A stretch of 64,000 nucleotides of DNA from Pirellulales bacterium (GTDB lineage: Bacteria > Planctomycetota > Planctomycetia > Pirellulales > UBA1268): the NCBI GenBank assembly GCA_030577455.1, contig JALIAA010000092.1, positions 807 to 64,806 of the forward strand. The letters run 5' to 3'. Position numbers and translations under genes: made by a program. Below are positions 47,376-56,058 of this stretch, piece by piece (position 1 is the first letter of the stretch; every line of letters begins with the position of its first letter). The notes beneath the pieces are model-generated. The model worked only from the letters and a program-made list of their open reading frames with translations. It had not been told where the DNA came from and ran no database searches.

Positions 47376-48326
47376 CTACTGTCTTAGTGGCTGGATTGCT
47401 TGAACGAACTGCTCTGTCACATCAAGAAGACCTTCTGCCGACGGCTTATACACAAATGCAGCTGAATCTATCGGTTCCCCCAGCCTCACTTCGTAGAGTT
47501 CGAGAATTGATATTGGTTCAACTTTGCCATCATCACTCCGACCACTCCACGTTATTCGAAAGGGAAATAGCTGTTCACTGCCTATGATTAGTTCTACAGA
47601 ACAAGGCGTGCCTGCAGGAACCTCCTCAGTAACGCTCTCTGAAGAATTCGTTGACTCCTTAAGGTGCGGGAAAATATCTATTAGCCGACTTGAGTTCCAC
47701 CGACCGACTACTCGCCAGACCGGAAGCCCATCAATCGATTCCCTCTCGGCTGATTCAAATTGAAAATAACGCCGTATGAGTGCAAGTGATCCTTGCAATC
47801 CACCCAAATGAGGAGCAACGGCCTGATTTTCCTCGATACCAAAATCTTTGAGCTTTGCCCGAATTTGAGAAATGTCCACTCTGGCCAGCCGTACTGGAGT
47901 ACTGCTTCCCTTCTGAAATCTCCAAAAAGAAATCCCATCAGAAACTTCAAGCAACTCAAATGTTTCGGTATCTGCTTTATTCACTACCTCGAAACGAAAT
48001 TGCTGATCTACCCCACTGCCCTGTTGCAGATAACGACCTGTTCCAACAAGCACCATTCCTTCAGCCCGGGTGCGCTGCCTGATACGTGCGGAGATGGACT
48101 CTACACGCCCGAGACGCGACAGCATTGAAGCAACCAGTCGTTCAGCCTGCTTCTCAGAGGACACCAACTCAGCAGTCTGGCGGACACCTGAACCGGCTGA
48201 CTGCTTATAGACACTGCTCTCGGCTTTCTCTTGAGATCTACTTCTCCCACCGAAAAACAAAGACGTTACCCAGACTAACAGCAGAACAACACAGCGTAAA
48301 AAACGTCTGAAATCCAACGTAAACAT
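47376..48326 (-). CDS. Secreted protein, unknown function (possibly LolA-like fold)
   Basis: ORF track 47376..48431, trimmed to ATG 48326 (MFTLDFRRFLRCVVLLLVWVTSLFFG signal/anchor). Beta-rich body (FRFEVVNKADTETFELLEVSDGISFWRF). The fold guess is weak. Confidence 0.55.
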   Translation of the reverse strand: MFTLDFRRFLRCVVLLLVWVTSLFFGGRSRSQEKAESSVYKQSAGSGVRQTAELVSSEKQAERLVASMLSRLGRVESISARIRQRTRAEGMVLVGTGRYLQQGSGVDQQFRFEVVNKADTETFELLEVSDGISFWRFQKGSSTPVRLARVDISQIRAKLKDFGIEENQAVAPHLGGLQGSLALIRRYFQFESAERESIDGLPVWRVVGRWNSSRLIDIFPHLKESTNSSESVTEEVPAGTPCSVELIIGSEQLFPFRITWSGRSDDGKVEPISILELYEVRLGEPIDSAAFVYKPSAEGLLDVTEQFVQAIQPLRQ

Positions 48327-48567
48327 CTTGGGACTTGGGGGAAAATCTACCAATTTCGTGATTTCTACGGGTTTTTCCAAAGATTTCGGTGCGGGAAAGT
48401 CGAAGTATGCCAAAGCACTGATTTTCGTCACACAGGAACGTTCGGGTGTCGAGGTATCAGGAGTCTATGAAATGGAAAACGAAAGGCACATGCCGAATTT
48501 TTGGTTAACCCATAAATAGCAAGAAACGCCACAACCCACCCGGTTCCAAAAGGCTGGAGACTCTGAA

Positions 48568-49830
48568 GTGAAATTCAACATCTGTACTCAAAAACTTATA
48601 GGGCTTTCGTTGGTGACAGCGATTACTGGCTGCCACATCCCAGCAAATTCCCCTCTTTCAGGGATTGCCGGCCTTGGGACTGCTGCTCAGCCACACACAA
48701 ACGTCTTGCCGCCTCCTCAAATGCTTGCCCACCCAGGGCCTGGTGTTGATGGTCCCGGCCCTGGAATTATAGCCCCCGTTGGATACGAAGAGTTTGTGTC
48801 CGAGAACGGCGTCTCTGCCTTAGCAACGGGCGGCATGGCCCCTCTTGTGGCCAACGGACCACCAATGTCCCAGGTAGGATTCTTGGGCCCAGATGGTATG
48901 CAGGTTCGTTGGGACGTCGCTACAGCGGGAGGGTTTGACTCAACCCCACTTGTTACCCCTGGCCGCTACGATTTTCCACAAGGAGCAATCTATCGTCTGA
49001 AGTTGACGAATATCCCCGGCCGGGAGGGAACAGAACTATATCCGACGCTTGAAGTCGCTCCCACAACACCAAGAACCGCTGCATTTATTGCGCACAACAC
49101 CGTTCCAGTCCAACTTACTGATGAAGACCTCGACCAAGTAACAACCGGGAACTTTGTCACAAAAGTTGTCTATTTGCCTGATCCAGACTATCAGGAACTT
49201 GCCGTGGCCGGAGTTGAAACGCTCGTAAGCACACGCCTCGACCCGGGCATTGATCCTGTCGTCGAAGCTGATCGCCGGGGCTCAATCCTAGCCATTATTC
49301 GAATCGGTAACAAAGATCTTGAATCCATCGTGATGCAAGGAGCTGTGCCTACTGGTGGCCTTTCACAAACCGCGGCAGGCATTCCTCTTGGACTACCTTG
49401 TGGTGACACATCAGGACAATTACCGCCTGCCTTTGTAGCAGGCATGACAGCTCCAAGTTATGGAATGCCTATCACTGGCACACCCATTGGACTTCCTGGT
49501 CCTGCACACATTCCACTGGGTGGACCAGCTGGGCTCAAGAAACATTCGATCACGAATCACACCAGAACGAATATTCCTGGCCCAACAAAACACCTGAATT
49601 TGCATGTGCAACAGGCGCCTGGTTTGAGCTATCCAAAACCGGCGTCTCGTGCGTACGTCTCAGAACGTTCAGATGTGCCACACGTTCGCCTCAAGCAGCC
49701 TCGTGAAGACCGTACCCGCTGGGTTGATAACGGTGGCCCGGATCCGGACGCTGAAGCAGCAGCGGCAATCATTTGCCGGGGATGCGGACACCGTGATTGT
49801 ACCTGCCCCCCAGCTCCACAAGCTTTTTAA
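48568..49830 (+). CDS. Lipoprotein with P/G-rich regions and a conserved central domain shared with the next gene
   Basis: GTG start with GGAG 8 nt upstream. Lipobox LVTAITGC. Central domain YRLKLTNIPGREGTELYPTLEV...VPVQLTDEDLDQVTTGNFVTKVVYL...ILAIIRIGNKDLE. C-terminal CRGCGHRDCTCP. Confidence 0.65.
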   Translation: MKFNICTQKLIGLSLVTAITGCHIPANSPLSGIAGLGTAAQPHTNVLPPPQMLAHPGPGVDGPGPGIIAPVGYEEFVSENGVSALATGGMAPLVANGPPMSQVGFLGPDGMQVRWDVATAGGFDSTPLVTPGRYDFPQGAIYRLKLTNIPGREGTELYPTLEVAPTTPRTAAFIAHNTVPVQLTDEDLDQVTTGNFVTKVVYLPDPDYQELAVAGVETLVSTRLDPGIDPVVEADRRGSILAIIRIGNKDLESIVMQGAVPTGGLSQTAAGIPLGLPCGDTSGQLPPAFVAGMTAPSYGMPITGTPIGLPGPAHIPLGGPAGLKKHSITNHTRTNIPGPTKHLNLHVQQAPGLSYPKPASRAYVSERSDVPHVRLKQPREDRTRWVDNGGPDPDAEAAAAIICRGCGHRDCTCPPAPQAF

Positions 49831-49902
49831 GGAAAGCTGCACAAGGGACCAACACTCAATCGATAGACCGTTCGATAGACCAAAAAACCTACACCACAAT
49901 TT

Positions 49903-50565
49903 ATGTCCAAAACTGATACTTCCATCCAGACAGGGTCCGCGCTGCGGAACTTCGGCGGAATGCCGGCGATTGCCACGGTGGTCCTTACAATGACAGTAGC
50001 CCAAGCTGGCGACATTGAAGGAACACAGTTGGAGAAATCATTCGCCGTAAAGACAGAACCGGGAGCGATTGGCAGTACCCGCCCCCCGCAGTTCGGTCCC
50101 CGTCTGGATGAAGTAGGGCAGTACCAGCAACCCGTCGAATTAAGAGGGCCGAAAGGCCTTCTTGTTTCGATTCAAACAAAAACCGGCTGGTCGCAATCCG
50201 AGGCCCTTCCCCTAAGGATCGGTTTATTGCCAGGCCTCAGCTATCGGTTGAGGATTACAGGAGTGCCTCATCGTCCTTCAGATGAACTCTATCCTTCTCT
50301 CCGTATTTTATCTCCTCTGGTAACACCACGCGGACAGAAGTGGCGTTTTCCAATTGAAATTGTAATTGATGAAGATGATCTGAACGAGGCGTTCTCGGGA
50401 AACCATGTGCAACGTGTTGTATACGTTTCGAATGAACCGGAGGCTTCTGACGTTCTCGCAGACAGGTGGTTTGATATCCAGCCAGGCGATAGCTGCCTCG
50501 CAGTTGCAAGCACCCTTGGTGCCCCAGTCGCTGAATTGCGAATTGGCAACCGCTTGCCTCTGTAA
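49903..50565 (+). CDS. Secreted protein, paralogue of the central domain of the upstream lipoprotein
   Basis: Signal MPAIATVVLTMTVAQAG. YRLRITGVPHRPSDELYPSLRI...FPIEIVIDEDDLNEAFSGNHVQRVVYV...VAELRIGNRLPL aligns block by block with 48568..49830. Confidence 0.65.
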   Translation: MSKTDTSIQTGSALRNFGGMPAIATVVLTMTVAQAGDIEGTQLEKSFAVKTEPGAIGSTRPPQFGPRLDEVGQYQQPVELRGPKGLLVSIQTKTGWSQSEALPLRIGLLPGLSYRLRITGVPHRPSDELYPSLRILSPLVTPRGQKWRFPIEIVIDEDDLNEAFSGNHVQRVVYVSNEPEASDVLADRWFDIQPGDSCLAVASTLGAPVAELRIGNRLPL

Positions 50566-50582
50566 TTCTCGCAGGAATAACA

Positions 50583-51704
50583 ATGTTTTTTTTGTATCGA
50601 CATCACGCACGATTCATACAAAAAATAGTTGTCACTTTTTTTTCCTGTACTGGACTTGTGAACTTCCAGCTTTTGGCCGCTCCACCGTCACAGCAGATCT
50701 CCTCGTTCCACACAGAGTCTTGTGAATGCTCGGTATATCCTAGTCGTACAAATATCATGCACCTTCCACCGATCCTTCCACCACTTATCTGTAATGGGGG
50801 AGACGGAAGAGACTCCGCATACCCCGTTGGCCGCACGGACATCGAAGGCCTCTCGGCTGGCGATACCGTGGCTCGCTATCGAAGAGATGAGGATTCCGAC
50901 CTAAACGACATCAACGCTGCCAGATCGTCACGTATCGCGCGCACAAACTGCGAATGCATCTACGCACCTCGCTTTGGAAGTGTCCGAAACGTGACACGGC
51001 TCCACGAGGAATCAGTCCCTCAGGGACCTGCTGGAGTTTCTAGTGACAAAACCCTCGCCAGTCAGACAATTCTTCAACCACCAGGTAATGCAGCTCAGCT
51101 AACAAGCCTGCAGATGGCACGGAAATCAAAATCTGGTCTGGCCGTTGAAGAACGTTCAGGGCCACTTGGCGTCGATGCGGCGATGCTTCCGAACCAATCA
51201 CTCGGTCAGGCAAAAGCTGGTGAACGTGTGTACGACACACATGTGAAGTCTGCGGACAAAAAAGAACATATCGCCGAGTCCGTTGGCATTGATATCCCAA
51301 TAGCATGGACACGACTCACAGCAGCTAACGCGGTCTTCAATGACCAAAAGGCTGATATTACTTCTGCAAGTCAGGGAATTGCCACACTGCGAGTTGAGTC
51401 TTTAGGACGGGCTGAACTGACCCTATGCAAACGATCCGGAAGTGATTCCGCACGAATAGGTGAAGAAATTGACTTCACAATTGCTTTTTTGAATTCGGGA
51501 GACGTGCCACTCACTGACATTGTGATTATGGACGTCTTGCCACAGCGGTTAAAACTCATTGAGTCCTCACCTGCGGCCAGCCTGCCCTCCGAGATCAAAA
51601 TAGCCCCGGCAGCCGATGGCACAACGTCCATATCGTGGCAGCTAGAATCTCCTCTTAAGGCCGGACAGAGTGGATTTGTTCGCATGAGGACTGTTGTTCA
51701 ATAG
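50583..51704 (+). CDS. Secreted protein with C-terminal DUF11 (conserved repeat, TIGR01451-like) domain
   Basis: N-terminal hydrophobic segment IVVTFFSCTGLVNFQLLAA. C-terminal ELTLCKRSGSDSARIGEEIDFTIAFLNSGDVPLTDIVIMDVLPQRLKLIESS...SISWQL..LKAGQSGFVRMRTVV is the DUF11 pattern. Confidence 0.65.
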   Translation: MFFLYRHHARFIQKIVVTFFSCTGLVNFQLLAAPPSQQISSFHTESCECSVYPSRTNIMHLPPILPPLICNGGDGRDSAYPVGRTDIEGLSAGDTVARYRRDEDSDLNDINAARSSRIARTNCECIYAPRFGSVRNVTRLHEESVPQGPAGVSSDKTLASQTILQPPGNAAQLTSLQMARKSKSGLAVEERSGPLGVDAAMLPNQSLGQAKAGERVYDTHVKSADKKEHIAESVGIDIPIAWTRLTAANAVFNDQKADITSASQGIATLRVESLGRAELTLCKRSGSDSARIGEEIDFTIAFLNSGDVPLTDIVIMDVLPQRLKLIESSPAASLPSEIKIAPAADGTTSISWQLESPLKAGQSGFVRMRTVVQ

Positions 51705-51848
51705 GCTGTTTTGAACTCCTTAAGGCGAACTTTTAGCTATCAATTGCCGAAGCGGTCTGTCTCAGAGTAGGCTGGAGCAATATGGGATTAGCATCTGGCC
51801 AATCCTTTTACTCAGTCACCATTTCCAGACTCAGAAGAGGCTCCCCTG

Positions 51849-53027
51849 ATGGTTCGTTTTTTCACCGCACTTAGCATTCCACTTTTCTTGCTACTTCTTT
51901 CAGGAAATCTCGGCACGTTGGCCTTTTCCGCTGAACCAGGAACCGCCAACCAAAGCGAAGCCACCAGTTTGGAAATTCCTCCTGTTCCAAAAGGAACTCC
52001 CGAGGAAATGCTGGACTACATTCGAACAATAAGGAAAAACGCTTCACAGCCAACATCACGTGAAGAAATGATGAAATCCATGCAAGCCATTGCAACAGCC
52101 ACAGTGGAGGCTGCTGACAGAGCACTGTCACAACTCAAGGATTCCGATGAACTCTTTGATGAGGCCGCGACTGCGAAACTTCAAAGCCTCATGATGCTCA
52201 GCCGACTTGGCGATACAGCCGCTTCTTCAGACCTGCAGGCATTTGCCAAAAGCCTGATTGAAGGGCCCTCCCCTGCCCTTGCCGTCGAGGCAAAACGGTT
52301 ACTGCTGGTGCAGGAAGCACAAGAACTTTTCACAAAACGAGACCTTGAGAAGGCACCTGCCATAATCAAACGAGCCGGGGAACTCCTGACGGCCAACCCA
52401 GATGATGCCGCGACTGCTGGTCTTGCAATGCAACTCGCAAGTGCCTTTGAACATATGCCTGGCGGCGACGCTTTATCAAAGCAGGCCTACGAAACATTTG
52501 GCCCTATTTTTGCGAAGAGTAAAAACGACAGTATTCGACAAATGGCGGAAAGCTTTCAGGGAACACTCCGTCGACTCTCTCTTCCTGGAAACCCCATGAA
52601 GATCACCGGGACTCTGCTTAACGGGCAACCATTCGACCAGAGCACGCTTACTGGAAAAATTGTTCTGGTTGATTTCTGGGCAACATGGTGCGGCCCTTGC
52701 ATTGCAGAAATACCGAACGTACTGGAGCAATATGAAAAATATCATTCCCGGGGATTTGAAGTTGTTGGGATCAGCTTAGACCAAGAACGTGATGCACTTG
52801 AAAAATTTGTTACTGACAGAAAAATCCCATGGCCCATTCTGTTTGAGCCGTCGGAAGGATCTGGCTGGCAACACCCACTTGCCACATACTATGGCATCAG
52901 TGGTATTCCTACAGTGATCCTTATCGGCAGAGATGGCAACGTTGTAAGCCTCAATGCTCGAGGAGAGCGACTGGGCGAATTGCTCGATGAGCTCTACAAA
53001 GATTCTTCGAGCGCAGGAGGCAGTTGA
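51849..53027 (+). CDS. TlpA/ResA-like periplasmic thiol:disulfide oxidoreductase with ~250-aa helical N-terminal domain
   Basis: Signal FFTALSIPLFLLLLSGNLGTLAFSA. Thioredoxin-fold motifs GKIVLVDFWATWCGPCIAEIP, GFEVVGISLDQ, YGISGIPTVILIGRDGNV. Confidence 0.8.
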   Translation: MVRFFTALSIPLFLLLLSGNLGTLAFSAEPGTANQSEATSLEIPPVPKGTPEEMLDYIRTIRKNASQPTSREEMMKSMQAIATATVEAADRALSQLKDSDELFDEAATAKLQSLMMLSRLGDTAASSDLQAFAKSLIEGPSPALAVEAKRLLLVQEAQELFTKRDLEKAPAIIKRAGELLTANPDDAATAGLAMQLASAFEHMPGGDALSKQAYETFGPIFAKSKNDSIRQMAESFQGTLRRLSLPGNPMKITGTLLNGQPFDQSTLTGKIVLVDFWATWCGPCIAEIPNVLEQYEKYHSRGFEVVGISLDQERDALEKFVTDRKIPWPILFEPSEGSGWQHPLATYYGISGIPTVILIGRDGNVVSLNARGERLGELLDELYKDSSSAGGS

Positions 53028-53033
53028 TCTTCG

Positions 53034-54167
53034 GTGAACGATTCTTCCGAAAATCAACGACCCGCTATTTCTCGCCGGGCAGCTCGTTTTGACTCGTCTG
53101 GGATCAGGCGTGTGTTCGAGTTAATGCGGACACTCGACGACCCGATCAACCTCTCTATTGGCCAGCCTGACTTTGCAATGCCAGAGGCCGCTCGTAACGC
53201 AGCCTACGACGCAATGATGAGTGGCAAAAATGGATACACGGTCACGCAAGGAATACCAGAACTTCGTTCACGCATTTCGAGCGAGGTCGAAGAACAGCTC
53301 GGGCAGACCGATCGAGCATTCTGTATCACGAGTGGTACGAGTGGAGCATTAGTCCTAGCACTTATGGCACTCATCGACCCGGGTGATGAAGTCATTATTT
53401 TTGAACCAGCGTTCGTCATGTACCGACCGCTTATTGAATTCTTCGGAGGCCATTGTGTGGCGATCGATCTATCTCCGACCTTTGAGATAGACATAGATGC
53501 AGTTACGTCTCGTATCGGACCAAAGACTCGTGCCGTGCTGCTGAACAGCCCAAACAACCCGACAGGGAAGGTGATTTCGTCCGAAACATTGAAGCGACTG
53601 GCTCATCTAACAGACGAGCATAATGTGACGCTTATCAGCGACGAGCTTTATCGGGGCTTCTGTTACGACCAGCCTTTTTCCTCAGCTGCAATATTTAGCG
53701 AAAACTCTATCATCCTTGATGGCTTTTCAAAATCTCACGCTATGACCGGGTGGCGAGTTGGTTACATGCACGGTCCGCCGGAAATCATTGACGCGTGTAT
53801 TACGCTGCAACAATACACGTTTGTCTGCTCACCTCAAGCAGGGCAATGGGCCGCTCTTGCAGCAGCTGACTGCAACATGACAGAGTCTTTAAATGCCTGC
53901 CGAAGAAAAAGGGACCGTCTTGTCGAGGGCCTGCGTGACCACTATGACTTCACCCATCCCGATGGAGCTTTCTACCTGTACCCAAAAACTCCTGGTGGTT
54001 CTGCCGAGCAATTTGCGGAACTCGCCGTGAAACAAGAGCAACTACTTGTTGTGCCGGGCACTGTATTTGGCAGTGCCGACACTCACTTCCGCATCTCGTA
54101 TACAGTCTCCGACAACATGCTTGAGCGAGGAATTGAAGCCCTTGTTCGACTTGCTGACAATCACTAA
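53034..54167 (+). CDS. Class I/II PLP-dependent aminotransferase (aspartate aminotransferase-like)
   Basis: LSIGQPDF, NSPNNPTGKV, DELYRGF, PLP-lysine block DGFSKSHAMTGWRVGY. The GTG start is the only start near the TlpA stop. Confidence 0.8.
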   Translation: MNDSSENQRPAISRRAARFDSSGIRRVFELMRTLDDPINLSIGQPDFAMPEAARNAAYDAMMSGKNGYTVTQGIPELRSRISSEVEEQLGQTDRAFCITSGTSGALVLALMALIDPGDEVIIFEPAFVMYRPLIEFFGGHCVAIDLSPTFEIDIDAVTSRIGPKTRAVLLNSPNNPTGKVISSETLKRLAHLTDEHNVTLISDELYRGFCYDQPFSSAAIFSENSIILDGFSKSHAMTGWRVGYMHGPPEIIDACITLQQYTFVCSPQAGQWAALAAADCNMTESLNACRRKRDRLVEGLRDHYDFTHPDGAFYLYPKTPGGSAEQFAELAVKQEQLLVVPGTVFGSADTHFRISYTVSDNMLERGIEALVRLADNH

Positions 54168-54175
54168 CAAGCCGA

Positions 54176-55465
54176 CTACGCACTCTTCGGCCGAGCTGCT
54201 GGAACTGGAAGAATCGGCTGTTTTTCATCAACATGCCCTGCTTCGATGAGATAGCTACTTCCCGTGTTATCAGGCAGATCGAACATCACATCGAGCATTA
54301 CATCTTCCATGATTGAACGCAGACCTCGGGCTCCGGTTTCTTTCTTCAGGGCACGACGGGCAATAGCCAACAAAGCATCATCAGTAAACTCAAGCTTGCA
54401 ACTCTCCATCTCGAAGAGCTTCTGATATTGCTTCACTAATGCGTTCCGAGGTTCGAGGAGAACTCGAACGAGGGCCTCTGCGCTCAACGGCCCAAGTGAA
54501 GAAATCACAGGCAGTCGACCAACAAGTTCTGGTATCAGGCCAAACTCCAAGATATCGTCGGAATCAATCTGCGGGAGCAACTCCGCCAAGCCTGCCTCTG
54601 CTTCTACGCTATTCGACTGACCGAAACCAATGGTTCGCTTGCCAAGGCGACCGGCGATAATCTTGTCCATGCCAACAAAAGTTCCGCCACAGATAAACAA
54701 GATATTCGAGGTGTCAATCTGCAGGTACTGCTGTTCAGGATGCTTCCGGCCGCCCTGCGGTGGCACATTTGCTACCGTTCCTTCCAGCATTTTCAAAAGC
54801 GCCTGCTGCACACCTTCTCCTGAGACATCGCGGGTAATTGAGACGTTCTGACTCGTTTTCCCGATCTTATCGATCTCGTCGATATATAAGACACCCCTCT
54901 GGGCAGCTTCCACATCAAAGTCGGCTGCGCTGAGCAGCTTCAGCAAGAGATTTTCTACATCTTCGCCGACATAACCAGCTTCTGTCAGAGTAGTCGCATC
55001 ACCGATGGCAAATGGAACATCAAGAATCTTTGCAAGTGTCTTCGCAAGAAGAGTCTTTCCACAACCTGTTGGACCCATCAGCAGAATATTCGATTTTTCA
55101 ACATCAACGTCGCCCCCTTCTGCTCCAATCATCAGCCGCTTGTAATGGCTGTGCACTGCTACAGAAAGAACTCGCTTCGCATGATGTTGCCCGATAACAT
55201 ACTGGTCGAGATGCCCGACGATCTCTCGTGGTGACGGAATAGACGTAAAGAGCTGCTTGCTCGTTCCTCTTCTACGCTTTTCTTGATCGAGAATTGATTG
55301 ACACAATTCAATGCATTCGCCACAGATGTAGACATCACCAGGTCCTTCAACCAGTGGCCCAACATCCCGGTAACTTTTTCTACAAAACGAACAGAAGGCA
55401 TTTTTCTTCGTTGTGCCACCGGCCCCCCGGCGTCCAATTCCATTCCCGTCTTTTCCGGTCGGCAT
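54176..55465 (-). CDS. clpX: ATP-dependent Clp protease ATP-binding subunit ClpX
   Basis: Zn-finger [31 protein letters not shown], Walker A GPTGCGKT, Walker [14 protein letters not shown], plus the sensor-2 region. Confidence 0.95.
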   Translation of the reverse strand: MPTGKDGNGIGRRGAGGTTKKNAFCSFCRKSYRDVGPLVEGPGDVYICGECIELCQSILDQEKRRRGTSKQLFTSIPSPREIVGHLDQYVIGQHHAKRVLSVAVHSHYKRLMIGAEGGDVDVEKSNILLMGPTGCGKTLLAKTLAKILDVPFAIGDATTLTEAGYVGEDVENLLLKLLSAADFDVEAAQRGVLYIDEIDKIGKTSQNVSITRDVSGEGVQQALLKMLEGTVANVPPQGGRKHPEQQYLQIDTSNILFICGGTFVGMDKIIAGRLGKRTIGFGQSNSVEAEAGLAELLPQIDSDDILEFGLIPELVGRLPVISSLGPLSAEALVRVLLEPRNALVKQYQKLFEMESCKLEFTDDALLAIARRALKKETGARGLRSIMEDVMLDVMFDLPDNTGSSYLIEAGHVDEKQPILPVPAARPKSA

Positions 55466-55469
55466 CTAT

Positions 55470-55766
55470 TTACTTCCTCCTGTCCTCTCCTGTCACCCAT
55501 GTTGTTATCGGTGACGTTTCGGGTAAATTCCCGGCCACCTTTGAAAAAGAATCACCGAGTGTTCTTATTCTTCGGTATTCATCTTCTTCCAGCACACCTC
55601 TATCCCGCAGTTTTTTATATTCCGTGAGTGTTTGCTCCCACGTTTCGTCGCAATCGCCACGACCCGCACCAGTTCCACGGAGTTTTTCACGGATCGAAAC
55701 GATAACAACGATCCCACAGGCGACAACAGCCAGAAGGATCAACGAATTGACCAGCAACGGAACCAA
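55470..55766 (-). CDS. Small membrane protein with SHOCT-like C-terminal motif
   Basis: TM helix LLVNSLILLAVVACGIVVIVSI, then LTEYKKLRDRGVLEEDEYRRIRTL (SHOCT-like L-x-x-L-x-x-G-x-I/L-x-x-E-E-Y). Stop lies 4 nt before the clpX start. Confidence 0.55.
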   Translation of the reverse strand: MVPLLVNSLILLAVVACGIVVIVSIREKLRGTGAGRGDCDETWEQTLTEYKKLRDRGVLEEDEYRRIRTLGDSFSKVAGNLPETSPITTWVTGEDRRK

Positions 55767-56058
55767 AGTTACCTACCTCCCTTTGAAAAGCTGTCTTCGA
55801 GTAGGAAACAGTGATCTTTCGCCTCGAATTTACAGGAAAATGAGTATGCCTATATCCTTTCGTCGCCTCAGGCCACTGCAGGCCACCCTTCTTTCGCCGC
55901 TCGCTTCAATAGCCCTGTTTCCGTGAACCGCGAAGTTGAACGACACATTGTGCGTTTGAGCCCATGACCCAAATCTGTTGTATCGGAAAAGCACGATTTT
56001 CGGAAACAAATGGCCGATATCGATTGTGAGGCCAATGTACGGAGATTTGGAAAGATTC

